Shown here in pieces: positions 12,327 to 23,873 of a stretch of 64,000 bases of DNA. The stretch spans positions 118,732,001-118,796,000 of the forward strand of contig NW_024704742.1 of assembly GCF_018977255.1 (NCBI RefSeq). Direction: 5' to 3'. The notes below the pieces were generated by a model, which saw nothing but the letters and a program-made list of their open reading frames with translations, ran no database searches and had not been told where the DNA came from. Each line of letters opens with the position of its first letter. The stretch's first letter is position 1. Made by a program: the position numbers and the translations under genes. The stretch is from Callorhinchus milii (lineage: Eukaryota).

Positions 12327-15300
12327 TTTAAAGAATGCTACTAAAGACCAGTCTGTAAAACCAAAGATGAATTACATCATGTCAAGTTCTTCCTTCTCCA
12401 TGGTAACTGTACAAAGTGAAGACAGTGGAATTATATGGGAGACAGTTTCAAGCAGCCGGTCCTCCACACCTTGGGCTTCAGAAAGCACAGTGTCAGATGT
12501 TTACAGTGTGGAAAGTTCTGTAAGTTCTCCACCAGGCAAAGTCATATTTATTACGGATGAATTGCCTCAGTCTCCATCTGAGAATGAACACCAAAGCAAT
12601 AAAACTAGTAGATCTGAGAAACGACGCAGTGAAATGGCAGATCTCAAGCCAGGAGAAAAAAAAGGTGCCCGGAAGAAACACAGAAATAACTCCTGTGCTT
12701 TCAAATCAGAAGCAGGAAAAGTCGAATCAACTGTAATTTTAGCTCCTGCAATTGACAAAGTGTCAAAGGCAAGACAGTTGATGGACAAAACAGAGACGAA
12801 TAGCCCATTCCCTATGGAACACAGCCCAGTAGTGTCAAAAATAGCGGGAAAGTCCCCTGATATGGCAGCAAACAGAGCATTTAAGACAGTTGGCTATGCT
12901 GAAAGACAAGTGGAAAAACATGCTCCAATGCACTCTCAAGGGAGATTTGATAAAGTTGCAGCAGAACAAAGCATCTGCAGATCTGAACAGAAGGAACAAA
13001 ACAGCATTCTCAAAACACAGGATCTAAACTCTTCATTTGTAGGAGTACCTAAGGAGCAAGTTGAAATGTCTTCAATACACAAGAGAAGAGATGAAGCAGA
13101 AGAATCAAAACATGCTTCAAAACCAAGCTCACAAATAAGAATCAATTTAGCTCCACTAGATGAGAAGGATTCAAGTCCTTCTGTAATCATCACTTCAGAA
13201 CTTGTCAGTCCTGTGTCTGCTCCACAATTAGCAGCGGCTTACAAAGACTCGGGTAACTTTGGTTCATCTATAAAAACACAAGCAACTAATGGAATAATTG
13301 GTACAAGTGCAGATGATTTGGAGAGAACTAAAGTTTCCAGTTCAGAAATTATAGTATCTTCGCCTCCTGAAATGTTCGGGCCAGACCTAAGGAGCTTAGC
13401 AGCTGATATCTTAGTATCATCTGTTCAATGTGACGATAATTCTTGCTTGAAAAAAAGTCGAATACCTACAGAATCAACAATATGCGAAGATCATGAAGTT
13501 GTTGGTGTAGAAATAAAAAATTCATTATTCAGAACAGTTGGTAAGACATCCGTTGGTGGGGTTCCGCTTTGTTTTTCAGAAAAGCAGGAATCTAATGCGA
13601 ACCAAGATGAGACTTATTCAAGGATAGATTCAGGAATCAGACGTCCAAAGCCTTTTGCAACCACCAGTTCAGAACGCATATCTCCCTTGCCACATTCACA
13701 GAGAAGAGAAACTTGCACAGGCAAGGATGACTTTGGTTTAGCAATTAAAGAACAGCCAACTAATAGAGCAATTTATACTGGATCAGAGAGCATGAACAGA
13801 ATTGGAAACACTGTCTCAGATATGAGTGAGTCCTTGTCTTGCGAAACACTTGGTCTAGACATAAAGAATTTAGCACATGACATGATAGTGACGCCTAAAT
13901 ATAAGGACAATTCTAACTCAGAGGAAAGTCCAATAAGACATGAATCAACAATAAGTGAAAAGACAGAAGCCATGGATGTGGATTTAAAAGTTTCCTCATT
14001 CAAGCCAGTTGGTAAAATATCTCCAGTTGAGGTACCAGCTTGTTTTCCAGAAAAGCGAGAAATTTGTTTAAACAAAGATCAGTTTTATTCAAGGACAGAT
14101 CGAGCAGACAAAGAGCAACCAAATCTTTCAGCAACCATCAGCTCATCGTTCATTGTTCCTGTGCCAGTTTTGCATTTAGGAAAAACTTGTAAAGACATGA
14201 ATAAATTTGGTTCACCAATCAAAGGAGTAGCAGGCAATGGAATAATTTATACAATAACAGACAGTTTGGAGAGATCGTCAGCCACTAACTCTGAAATCAA
14301 TGGGTCTTTGAATCCCAAAACACTCAGTGAATATTTAAAGAATTCAGCAGCTGATATGGAGGTATTGCCTCCAGAATGTAAAAACAATTCCTCTGTAAAG
14401 ATAAACCAAACAGTTACAGGATCCCAAATGTGTGAAATTACAGAAGGTATGGATGAAAATTTAAACCATTTGTCATTCAGTGCACCTGTTGAAAGATACA
14501 CAGAAGTGGCTCCATCTCATTTTTCAGAAAGACAAGAAATTACTACAAATAAGAGTCACTCGTTTCTAGGGACAAATCCTATGCATGAAGAAGCAACAAC
14601 TCAGAAACATGCAGAATCTGTGGAAACTTCAAAAGTGGTTGATGTGGACCAGAATGGTTCCTCATTCAGCACAGCTGATCGAACAACAGGAGTTATACCT
14701 CAGTCGCATTCAGAGACAATAGTAAATGAATTAAGTAATGAAAAAGATACTAAAAGTAAGAAAGATGTCTTCAATATAGTGGCTGAAGGCTATGAGATCT
14801 TGAATATCATTGTTCCACCCAAGTTATACTCTGTGGACCAAGAGGCTTGTAGCAATATGCAGGACAACCTAATGTATTTGCAGAAAAATCCACTCATAGA
14901 CAAAAACAAAATAGAGGATGAATTTGAATGTGCAGGTAATGTTAATAGAGAAGGTAATGGCCAACAGTTAATACCACCAAACATGCCGAAACATAATGAG
15001 TCAGAAGGGAATGCAAATCCCTTAACTTTGTGGAAGTCTAATCCTTTCACTGTGGGAATATCCGATCCTTTCAGTGTTAGCCATTCTAATCCTTCAACCA
15101 TTGTGGAATCCAATCTTTCTTCTAAGGCTGGATCCAATCCATTTTCTGTGCAGAAATCTAATCCTTCCAATGTGGGAAACTCCAATCCTTCCCATATGGG
15201 GAAATTGAATCCTTCTAATGTGGGAGAATCCAATCCTTCCAATGTGGGGGAGTCCAATCCTTCTGCCACAGAAGTTCCAACATCTACAGCGAAAAATGGG

Positions 15301-17937
15301 AGTAGCGATGATGATTACTTTGAAAAATATACTTTGCTGGACGAGCAGGTCGACTTAGGTAAGACAGGACTGAAAGCACAGGAAGTGCCAGTTCAGGTCG
15401 AAGGAAACCCTTTCCCTCAAGTGGACAATCCAGTGAACCTAAAAAGCAAAAGTATTTCATTTTCAGACGACACAGAGACTTTTATGTTTGATGAGTATGA
15501 CATGTCAGAAAATCCCAGATCCTTTGTTGCAATGGAAGATGAGTTTGCACAAACACATGTGCCTGAAGCATGTGATAAAGAAGGGGACGAGAATAAAAAT
15601 ACTGCAGATGTTGTGAGCGAGAAGCCAGAAGGTTCCTTGTTATTCAGCACAGATGAAGGAGTCCTGTCACGTTCATATTATTTTCCTGTATCAACCAAAC
15701 TAGCTGAACTGGCACTTTTGGAGGAACCACCTGCATTAGCATTTTATTACAAAGACCTCTACGAAGAAGCTAAGGGACGAAAAGAAAAAGACAATGGACA
15801 GTCTGATGAGGAAAGTAATAATTCTGATCTGCTATTTCCGAGTCAGTCATCTGACACAGACGATGGGAATGGATTATACTTTGAAAAATATGTTCTGAAG
15901 GATGATGTTCCGGGGTCGTTGAGGGAGTTGAAAACAGAAGAATCATTTTCTTTGATGGAAGCTTTGTCCCAGGATAATGTTATTGATGTAGAAGCAGACA
16001 CTGTATTTTCAAAGGATACAAGTACGTTTTCTGCAATACACACTGACAAAGCAGAACTCCCCACACAAATGAGAGTTTCTGAAGAAACGGAGGTACTGGA
16101 TGAGTGTGCCGAAAAATGTGAAACAGCTAAAAATGAGACGAGTCACATTTTGTCAGAGATTCAACCCATACAATGTGAAGATCTGTCAGAAGAAGCAATT
16201 CAGACAATGGAAGACAAAGTTCATGATGAAATAAGTAAAGAGATAGTACGATTTGAAGATACGGCATCTGTAGATGTACAAAAGTCTGACTCTTCTGTTA
16301 GAGATCATGTTGATTCTGTACAAACTGCAATTCCAATTGATTTATTTCAAGAACTTATGAAACCTGGAGGTGAAGTTGGATTTTGTGAAGACACAGTTTT
16401 TGTCGACCCAAGTGTATTAAAGCCAGGCTCTTTTGGAGGAGATCATTTTGATCCTGCACATATTACAATTCTGAGCGAATTTGAAGAACAAGAAAAACCT
16501 CCAAGTGAAGCTGGAGCTTGTGAAAGAACACCATATGTCGAAGGTAAGATACAAAAGCCTGTCTCTCCTGTTGGCAATCGCTTTGATTCTGTACATACTA
16601 CTATTCTAAGTGATTCATTTGAAGAACCTGAGATACCTCCAAGTGAAGTTGGATTCGAAGGAGTGTACAACATGCCAACATCAGAGCAAGTTGAAGACAT
16701 TCAGAATTATACACCCAGTGAGGAAATAGCTGTTTGTCAGATTAAAGCTGATGTAATGGAGAAGGATCTATGTGTTGAGGATGTGGCATTTGTAGGCACT
16801 CATGAAGCTGAACATCTTCCCACAGACGTAGGGGAGGAAACTGAAGGTGAACTGGCTGAGGAATTCATAAGCTCTGAAGCTCAGGTGCATCAAGAAATCA
16901 ATGATAATCAATCAACTGAAAGAACAGTTCCAATGACTGTGACTGATGAATGCCAAAGAGTAGATCAATTTATTAGCATGGATCAAAGGGTTTCTCAAAA
17001 GGTTATAGAAGGAGAAATAGCTTTGGTTAATCAACAATTGCAGTTAAAATCAGTTCAGACTCCTGGAAATGACACAGAGCAAGCAACATACAAAGGTGAC
17101 ATAGAACTGCTAGAGGCTCAAATGATTTGTATAAAGGATAATGAATATCTTCTGAAAGAACCCTGTCCCCTTGAAAGTAAAGAGGAAGAAAAGATGACAG
17201 AAGAAGCATTTCCCCAAATAACAGCATATCACAAGATTGCATCAGAGCCAGATGATTATAAAGGAATTCAAGCACCCTCCACTAATGAAGAAATAAAAGG
17301 AGAAAGCCTCACCGATGAGATTGCACAAGCTCTAGAAAGTGAATGGGATGTACTGGAAGTACCAATACATGAATCACCCACTGGTATAACATCATGTGAA
17401 CAAGATTCAGTGTATATTTCAAGAGACGTGTGTCAATTCCAAACGGAGGCATTCACTTATAAAGAGCATGGTTTTCATTATAGAACAATCAGTGAATCAG
17501 TGGATGATGAATTGGATGCCTTGCAACAGCAATACCTATTAGAAAATGTACAGAATCAGATGGAAGAAGGCAGTGAAACATACCCTGAAGGAATATCACA
17601 AGATTTATTTGCTGAAGATGTAAAGAAAGGCACTGATGAGATATATTTGTTGGAAGACACAAGAATAATAGATATAAATGTGTTGGCGGTGCCTGACTAT
17701 GATCTGGAGTTTGCAGATAAAGACTTACAGGAACTTCCCGTGGAAGAAAGAAAAAATACAGATATCCAGATAAATGAAAAGGAAGATACAGATGTGTTAA
17801 CCTTAGAGAAATCACCAAAGCCAATGGATACTTTTTGTATTACTTGTGGGTTTCCAATTTTTGCCATTGATAAGCTCTTTGGAGAGCATCAGGACCATGA
17901 AGTAACAATGATCGATGCAGCCATGTTAAAAATGAAG
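12327..17937 (+). CDS. CMYA5: CMYA5 giant exon 2 (5611 nt): conserved N-terminal box, long acidic repeat region, B-box
   Basis: Inside the 1915-aa ORF. Acceptor tttatttcttgatAG|, donor AAG|GTAAGT. Myospryn motifs recognised: FSMVTVQSEDSGIIWET..SRSSTPWASE, EGYEILNI, DYFEKYTL, LLEEPPALAFYYKDLYEEA, YFEKYVLKDD, B-box DTFCITCGFPIFAIDKLFGEHQDHEV. Confidence 0.95.
15013..15267 (+). repeat. Coding 24-bp minisatellite, ~11 units (consensus SNPSNVGE)
   Basis: tccaatccttc motif recurs every 24 bp inside exon 2. Confidence 0.93.
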
Positions 17938-18007
17938 GTAAGTATTTTTAAGAAAAGAAATCATGTCTAAACCATCCCTCACCTTGAAGTACTAATACTA
18001 ATCTAAA

Positions 18008-18300
18008 GTTGGGACTTTGAGCTCAAAGTCCACGTTGGCACTCCAGTACGGAGCACTGTGTTGTTCAATATGGCATCTTTAGGATTAAATGTTAATCTGA
18101 GGTCCTATCTGCTGCTCAAGTGGATGTTAAAGATCTCATGTTTGTTTCAAAAGAAAAGTGTATTTTTCCAAGTGTCGTGGGCAAATATTGTCCAGGTAAA
18201 ATTGGTCTTTCACTTCATGGCTGTTTACAGAACCTTGTAATTACAAAATTGACTGCTACATTTGTCTCTAAATGCACAACCATTTCACACTAAATGTCTT
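18008..18300 (+). mobile_element. Ancient Deu-domain SINE (SacSINE1/AmnSINE1-like)
   Basis: gaggtcctatctgctgctcaagtggatgttaaagatctcatg resembles the recalled Deu consensus. Confidence 0.7.
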
Positions 18301-18750
18301 TGACGCACTGAGTTGAGTCAGGAGACCACAAAGTTGTGAATGAGGGTTTCAGCAGCATATAATGTGAGATGGGGTAGAGATGGGCAACGTGGTGAAGGTG
18401 AGGAAAAACATTCTTAGTCAGGAAACAAATGCAGGAAAGAAAGGAGAACTGAGGCTTGAACCGAATGGCAAGGTTCCCTACTGGTTCAGTGGGTTTAAGA
18501 TGGAGATCGGAGAGGTTGAGGAGGTCAGATGTGTAAGTAAGGCGATGTTGGTGGGAACTGAAGATGGATGACTTCCAGCTTGCCCATGTTAAGCTGGAAA
18601 AAAATTGAGTCTCAACAAGGATTGTTATCTTCTAAACAAGCAGACTGAACAGACTTGGAATGAAGGATAGAAGTGGAAATGTAGATTTGGGTGTCATCTG
18701 CATACATGTGGAAGTTAGCTCCATGTTAATGAACGATGTTAGCAAGATGG
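18300..18750 (-). mobile_element. Old L2 RT fragment
   Basis: Reverse complement gives ttccacatgtatgcagatgacacccaaatctac (FHMYADDTQIY). Confidence 0.7.
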
Positions 18751-18899
18751 AGCATTCCCTTCTACCTCATGTATGCATCAACTTTCCTCTTCAATACTTT
18801 TATGCTTTTTGCTTGAACCGCAGCTACCAGCAGTCAGTTCCACATTTTCACCTCCAATACAGAAATACGTTCCTCCTAAATTAGATCTATTAATAGCTC

Positions 18900-19125
18900 T
18901 CTTATATACCCTTGTTTTTGGACTCCCCAACAAGTGGAAACATCCTATTAATGTCCACCTTATTGAATCCTTTCATAATTGTAATCACCTCTATTAGGTA
19001 CCTGCTCAAGTATCTCATCTTCAGAGAGAAAAGCTCTAACTTTTCCCATCTTTCTTGATAGCTGCATTCACTCATCTCCGGTAACACCCTGGTACTCTCC
19101 ACTGCACAATACCCTTCCTGTAGTA
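18900..19125 (-). mobile_element. CR1 LINE ORF2 C-terminal fragment
   Basis: SYQERWEKLELFSL..R.L..YLIEV..IMKG...V...MFPLVGESK.KG. Confidence 0.85.
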
Positions 19126-20310
19126 ATGATCAAATGAGAGAGGGAAAACATGAATACACATACTGTATGTGTGTTGTATTGTCAGTCATGTTTGTTCGTG
19201 AAAATTCATAAAACTTCAGAGTTTGCTTGTGTCTAATTCTTTAGCTTACCTTATTCCTTAACAATGGGCATGTGCCAAATTTTAGCAGTACATTGTTGGG
19301 AAGAATACTTAGCCAATTTGAGAATCCAATTTGCTTTCTGTTGCCTTTGATTGTCCATCTGCAATCTTTGTATTGGGTATCACTTTACATCCAGTAAGCA
19401 CCTGCTCATTAAGCATTGGTTTCAAACATAATTGCTTAAATACGTAAAATCCTTTTATATTCTTAACACCAATATTACTGTGTGACAGTATAATCAGGGC
19501 TTGGCATCAGAGTGCCCTGAATATCCAGATGGTGAAAGTGAGCACTTGAAATGCTTCAGGCATGTGGTGGACAGACAAACTTTATTGCCAATTCCTACCT
19601 TGCCCCGTTGGTCTCCCGTTATTTTTCCTGATCAGCCAATACGATATATCTTCTTATAATGAGCCTAATTTGTGATATTTCTTAATTGGAATGCTTGATA
19701 GGGAATGCCATTAGACTTCTCATTGAACTCCAGCAGCTCTGCTCTGGAAGAAGACTGGGTTTGGGCCGGGCTCCAGCGGGTTGGCATGATGTACTTCCAG
19801 TTGCCAGAAGCTGCTGTTTGTGCGACTCCTCTCAAATATGTACTTTCAATCCCTCTCTTGGCATGAGAGCAGAAGCAGTGCTTTAACAAGGCACATCAGT
19901 CAGCCAGGCAGAAGAAGGGTAACTCAATGTGCAGAACAGATGGGTGTAGAGGCATCAAAAATTTATAGAATATTAGGCAAAGGTACACAGATTTTTTGAT
20001 CCCAATGCCCCGCCCTTCCATCATACGCTTTAATTCCTCGACCCCCAAGTGTCTGTCTATCTTTTAATCATCCCAATTGATTTCACTTCTAGGACATTCT
20101 GGGGAAGAGAGTTTCACATCTTCACAACACTTTGTGAAAGGCACATGGGCATTAAGATCTACAGAGTAATGGTTTGATTTGGAGGAAATACAATAGGAGT
20201 GAGAAGCATCAATCTCTCGGTCCAAATGTTTCTTGTATTATTTTACTGTTTAAATTTATGCTGTTTAAACTGTAGCTCCAATTTCACATAATGACAAGAG
20301 ACCATTACCT

Positions 20311-20675
20311 GGAGTCCTGTAGTTTAATGGTTGAGCGCTTGCCTCGCAAGTGAGAGGACCTGGGTTTGATTCCCGGCCAGGACGAAACGTTGGGCAAGTT
20401 TCCTTACTCCACACGCCTCTGTTTACCTAGCAGTAAGTAGGAACCTGGTTGTTAGTCGATTGGCAGATCAACTTTTCCACGGGTAATAATCCCAAAAAAG
20501 TAATAAAAATTTGGTCACTCAATCCACGACTGTCTGTGGGACACTGCTGTGTACAATTGGCTGCTGAGTTTCACCCATGATATATATACCAATTCACTTT
20601 ATAGTCTATTCTGTGAAGCGCTCTGATCCACCTCAAAGACACGATGATGCGCTACATCAAATGCAAGGATTATTA
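20311..20675 (+). mobile_element. tRNA-derived SINE, long subfamily (extra ~65-bp central segment)
   Basis: Same head and tail plus ctgtttacctagcagtaagtaggaacctggttgttagtcgattggcagatc. Confidence 0.9.
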
Positions 20676-21056
20676 TATATGTACAAATCTTTGGCTACCC
20701 TGCAGTACTGTGTCCTTTTCTGAGGCTGCCAAGGTCATAGAGAGAATAGAGAGGAGAATCATTATACAAGGGATGTGTGGCTTTACTTCTTAGGATAGAC
20801 AGCTCATTATACTTTACACAAATTGCATGGTCATTACACTTTACAGTATATTCTGTGATGCACTTTGAGACGTCCTCCCAATGTGAAAGCCGCTATATCA
20901 AATGCAAAGGATCTTATTATTATTATTGAGCATATTATATACGAAATTTAAAGTTTCTAATCAAAGGAAAACTTTTGGTCTGATCTGTAGATATCAGTAT
21001 AATTTGAAAGAGAGTTGAGGATGAACTTCTTCCCACAGAGGTTAGTAAGAATGTGG

Positions 21057-21879
21057 CGCTGACAGCATCAGCATCCAAGGCTGCACTCTCCACCTCTCAA
21101 AGACAGTCAGGAACCTCGGGGTTCTGTTCGACCCTGAGCTGTCCTTTCTCCCTCATATCCGCACCACAACTGGCACCGCCTTCCATCACCTCCGGAATAT
21201 CGCCAGATTACGGCACTACCTCACTCCTCACGCTGCTGAAACTCTGGTCCACGCCTTTATCACCTCAAGGCTGGACTATGGGAACTCTCTCCTCGCCGGC
21301 CTTCCCGGCACCTCCCTCCACAAGCTGCAGGTCATTCAGAACTCTGCAGCTCGTGTACTGTCCCGCACCAGGCTTCGCGACCACATCACTCCCACCCTCA
21401 CTCGCCTCCACTGGCTCCCCATCCCCCAGAGGATCAAATTCAAGATCCTCATCCTCACCTACAAGGCCATTCACGGCCTTGCTCCATCCTACCTCTCCGA
21501 CCTACTATCCCCCTACTTACCTGTCCGTACCCTCCGTTCCTCTGGCTCTGGTCTGCTCCACGTCCCCCGCCCCAACCGCCCTACCATCGGTGGCCGGGCC
21601 TTCAGCCTCTCAGCCCCGAGGCTCTGGAACTCCATCCCCAGTGCCTTCGCCGCCTCCTCCCTTTCCTCCTTCAAGGCCGGTCTCAAGACCCTTCTCTTTG
21701 ACCGTGCCTTCAGCTCCCCTCTCGACTCTCTACCCCCTCCTCGCTCCCTCCCTTCCCTCCGCTCACCCTGACCATTTCCCCCCCAATGCTCGGGTCCTGA
21801 CCCAACTGTACAGCGCCTTGGGACGTCCTCCCGACGTGAAAGGCGCTCTATAAATGGAATGTTGTTGTTGCTGTTGTTG
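21057..21879 (+). mobile_element. Young 5'-truncated L2 inserted into a CR1 3' remnant
   Basis: Well-preserved L2 3' region with hairpin tail; AATGTGG on both sides. Confidence 0.92.
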
Positions 21880-22580
21880 AATGTGGTTGCAGAAAAAAGC
21901 AACAAAATATATAAGAGGAAACTTGATACGTAGATGAGCGAGAAGGGAATAGAGGGGTATAGGAGGGGTGGGAGGTTGTGAGGAGTATAAACACTGGAAT
22001 AGACTACTTAGGCCGAACGACCTATATTTAGTTCTATTTAATGAAATGCTTGTTTAAGCATAATAAGGTACCGTAATATAAACATGACATCACCAAATGG
22101 TAGGGAGTGAGTTTGTGCCCATGATCATTCCCCAAGTGAAAAGTTTCTGCTTTTGGATTGGTATCAAGAGAAGGTAAAGAGCTTCCACATAAGGAGGAAA
22201 AATTGGAGGAATGGGCAGCTGTCATTGACCTCATGTGACCAGTTACAGACATCTGAGCAGGTCAGCAGCTTGCCATCTTAGACAGGGCATGCCACAGGGT
22301 CACGGGGGGGTTAGCATCTAAATGAACAGGAGGAAAATATTCATAAGGGGAACGTGGACTTGCTTCGGTCCAATTGATTTTCTTTTCTTCCTGAGCATTT
22401 TTCTGTTACAATGTTGTAATTTTAAAATATCTTTTTTAAAAAGTGGTAAAACACATTGGTCTGAAACCATCATTATTTTCACCAAAGTATTATACTGTAC
22501 TCTGCTCTACAGTATATTTTACATGCGTGGGTTTAGGATTATAAATAAAAATAACCCCAGTGACATTAGATTTGGTTTAG

Positions 22581-22890
22581 CAGTCCTGTAGCTCAGTGGT
22601 TAGAGTATACGCTTTGCAAGCGAGAGACTTGAGTTCGATTCCCGGCGGGGTGAAACCTTGGGCAAGTTTCCTTACTCCACACGCCTGATAATAATCCCTC
22701 AATAAAAACAATAATAATAAAATTGGTCATTTCAATCCGCGACTGTTTGTGGGACACTGCTGTGCGCAATTGGATGCTACGGTTCGCCCACAAATATACA
22801 GTCAATTCACTTTACAGTCTATTCTGTGAAGCACTTTGAGATGTCTAGAAGACTTGAAATATGCTATATCAAATGCAAGGATTATTATTA
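22581..22890 (+). mobile_element. tRNA-derived SINE, short subfamily
   Basis: Collinear with 8158-8488. Confidence 0.92.
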
Positions 22891-23119
22891 GCAGGAGTAT
22901 TAAACTGCTGAATATCAAACTGATTTTACAACAACAACAACAAAATTACATTTGTATAGCGCCTTTCACGTCGGGAGGGCGTCTCAAAGTGCTTCACAGG
23001 AAATACTGTAAGTGTAGTGAGAAGAGATTAAATGGACAAAGCTCCTTTTTCATTCATTGTATTTTGCATTCTTAGGATCTCCCAAAGAAAAATTACATTG
23101 TAATAGAAGAGTAAATCTT

Positions 23120-23490
23120 TTTATTTGATATGGCATCTTTAATGTCAGGAAGGCACCTCAAAGTACTTCACTGGATAAGCTATAAAGTATATTAACCGTG
23201 TTTTTTGTAGGCAAATGCGACAGAAAATTTGCACACAGCAATGTCCAAGAAACAGCCATGAATTGAATGACTAACTTTATTTGGGGGATTTTTGGCCGGG
23301 ACACTGGGAGAAACTCCCTTCTCTTTTTTGAATAGTTCCATAGGATCTTTAATGTCCACCTCCACAGGCAAACGGGACCTTGGTGTAAGGTCAGAAGATG
23401 ACAATTTCAGCAATTCAGTGCACTAGAATGTTACTCTATGATATTCAAAGTCTCAAAATGGGGCAAGAACCTACAACCTTCTAAGAAGCA
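23120..23490 (-). mobile_element. Ancient Deu-domain SINE
   Basis: Reverse strand gtggacattaaagatcctatggaactattcaaaaaagagaagggagtttctcccagtgtcccggcc. Confidence 0.75.
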
Positions 23491-23777
23491 ATAGGCTACC
23501 ACTGCCGACACCCTGTTGGTAGCAAAAGTAATGGGATAAAGCATACAGTTTGTGATGCTCAAGAGGAAAATTGATTTTCAAACCCAAATCTACCTCTAGA
23601 CCAACAAATGAATAGTGAAAGGTGATCCTGACTAGTGTATAACTGAGCTCTCCTATTGCATAGGTCAACCAAACAATAGTCTTTAACCAATCCATATTGT
23701 ATAAGTTTGGAACAATTACTGGGTCTCTACAGGATTACACTGTTACAATGATGTTTTTTTTAAACTCTTTCCTACAG

Positions 23778-23873
23778 GATAAATTGGATGAACTTGCAAC
23801 AGCAACCCAGGAGAGAGCAGCTAAGATCAAGGAGCTTGTAACTGAGCTGGAAGCTGTATTTAATGCTGTTGAG
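23778..23873 (+). CDS. CMYA5: CMYA5 exon 3 (96 nt, coiled-coil DKLDELATATQERAAKIKELVTELEAVFNAVE)
   Basis: ttcctacAG| ... GAG|GTAGGT; phase 0-0; 96-nt coiled-coil exon typical of TRIM genes. Confidence 0.93.

Noticed and set aside
15013..15267. CRISPR-like array
   Set aside because: In-frame 24-bp coding minisatellite with no unique spacers and no cas genes; eukaryotic context.
14790..15269. Antisense ORFs over exon 2 (e.g. 159 aa)
   Set aside because: Shadow frames of the coding strand and its repeat.
12223..17970. 1915-aa ORF as a stand-alone intronless gene
   Set aside because: It is exon 2 of CMYA5; both ends of the ORF are intronic (splice sites at 12326/12327 and 17937/17938).
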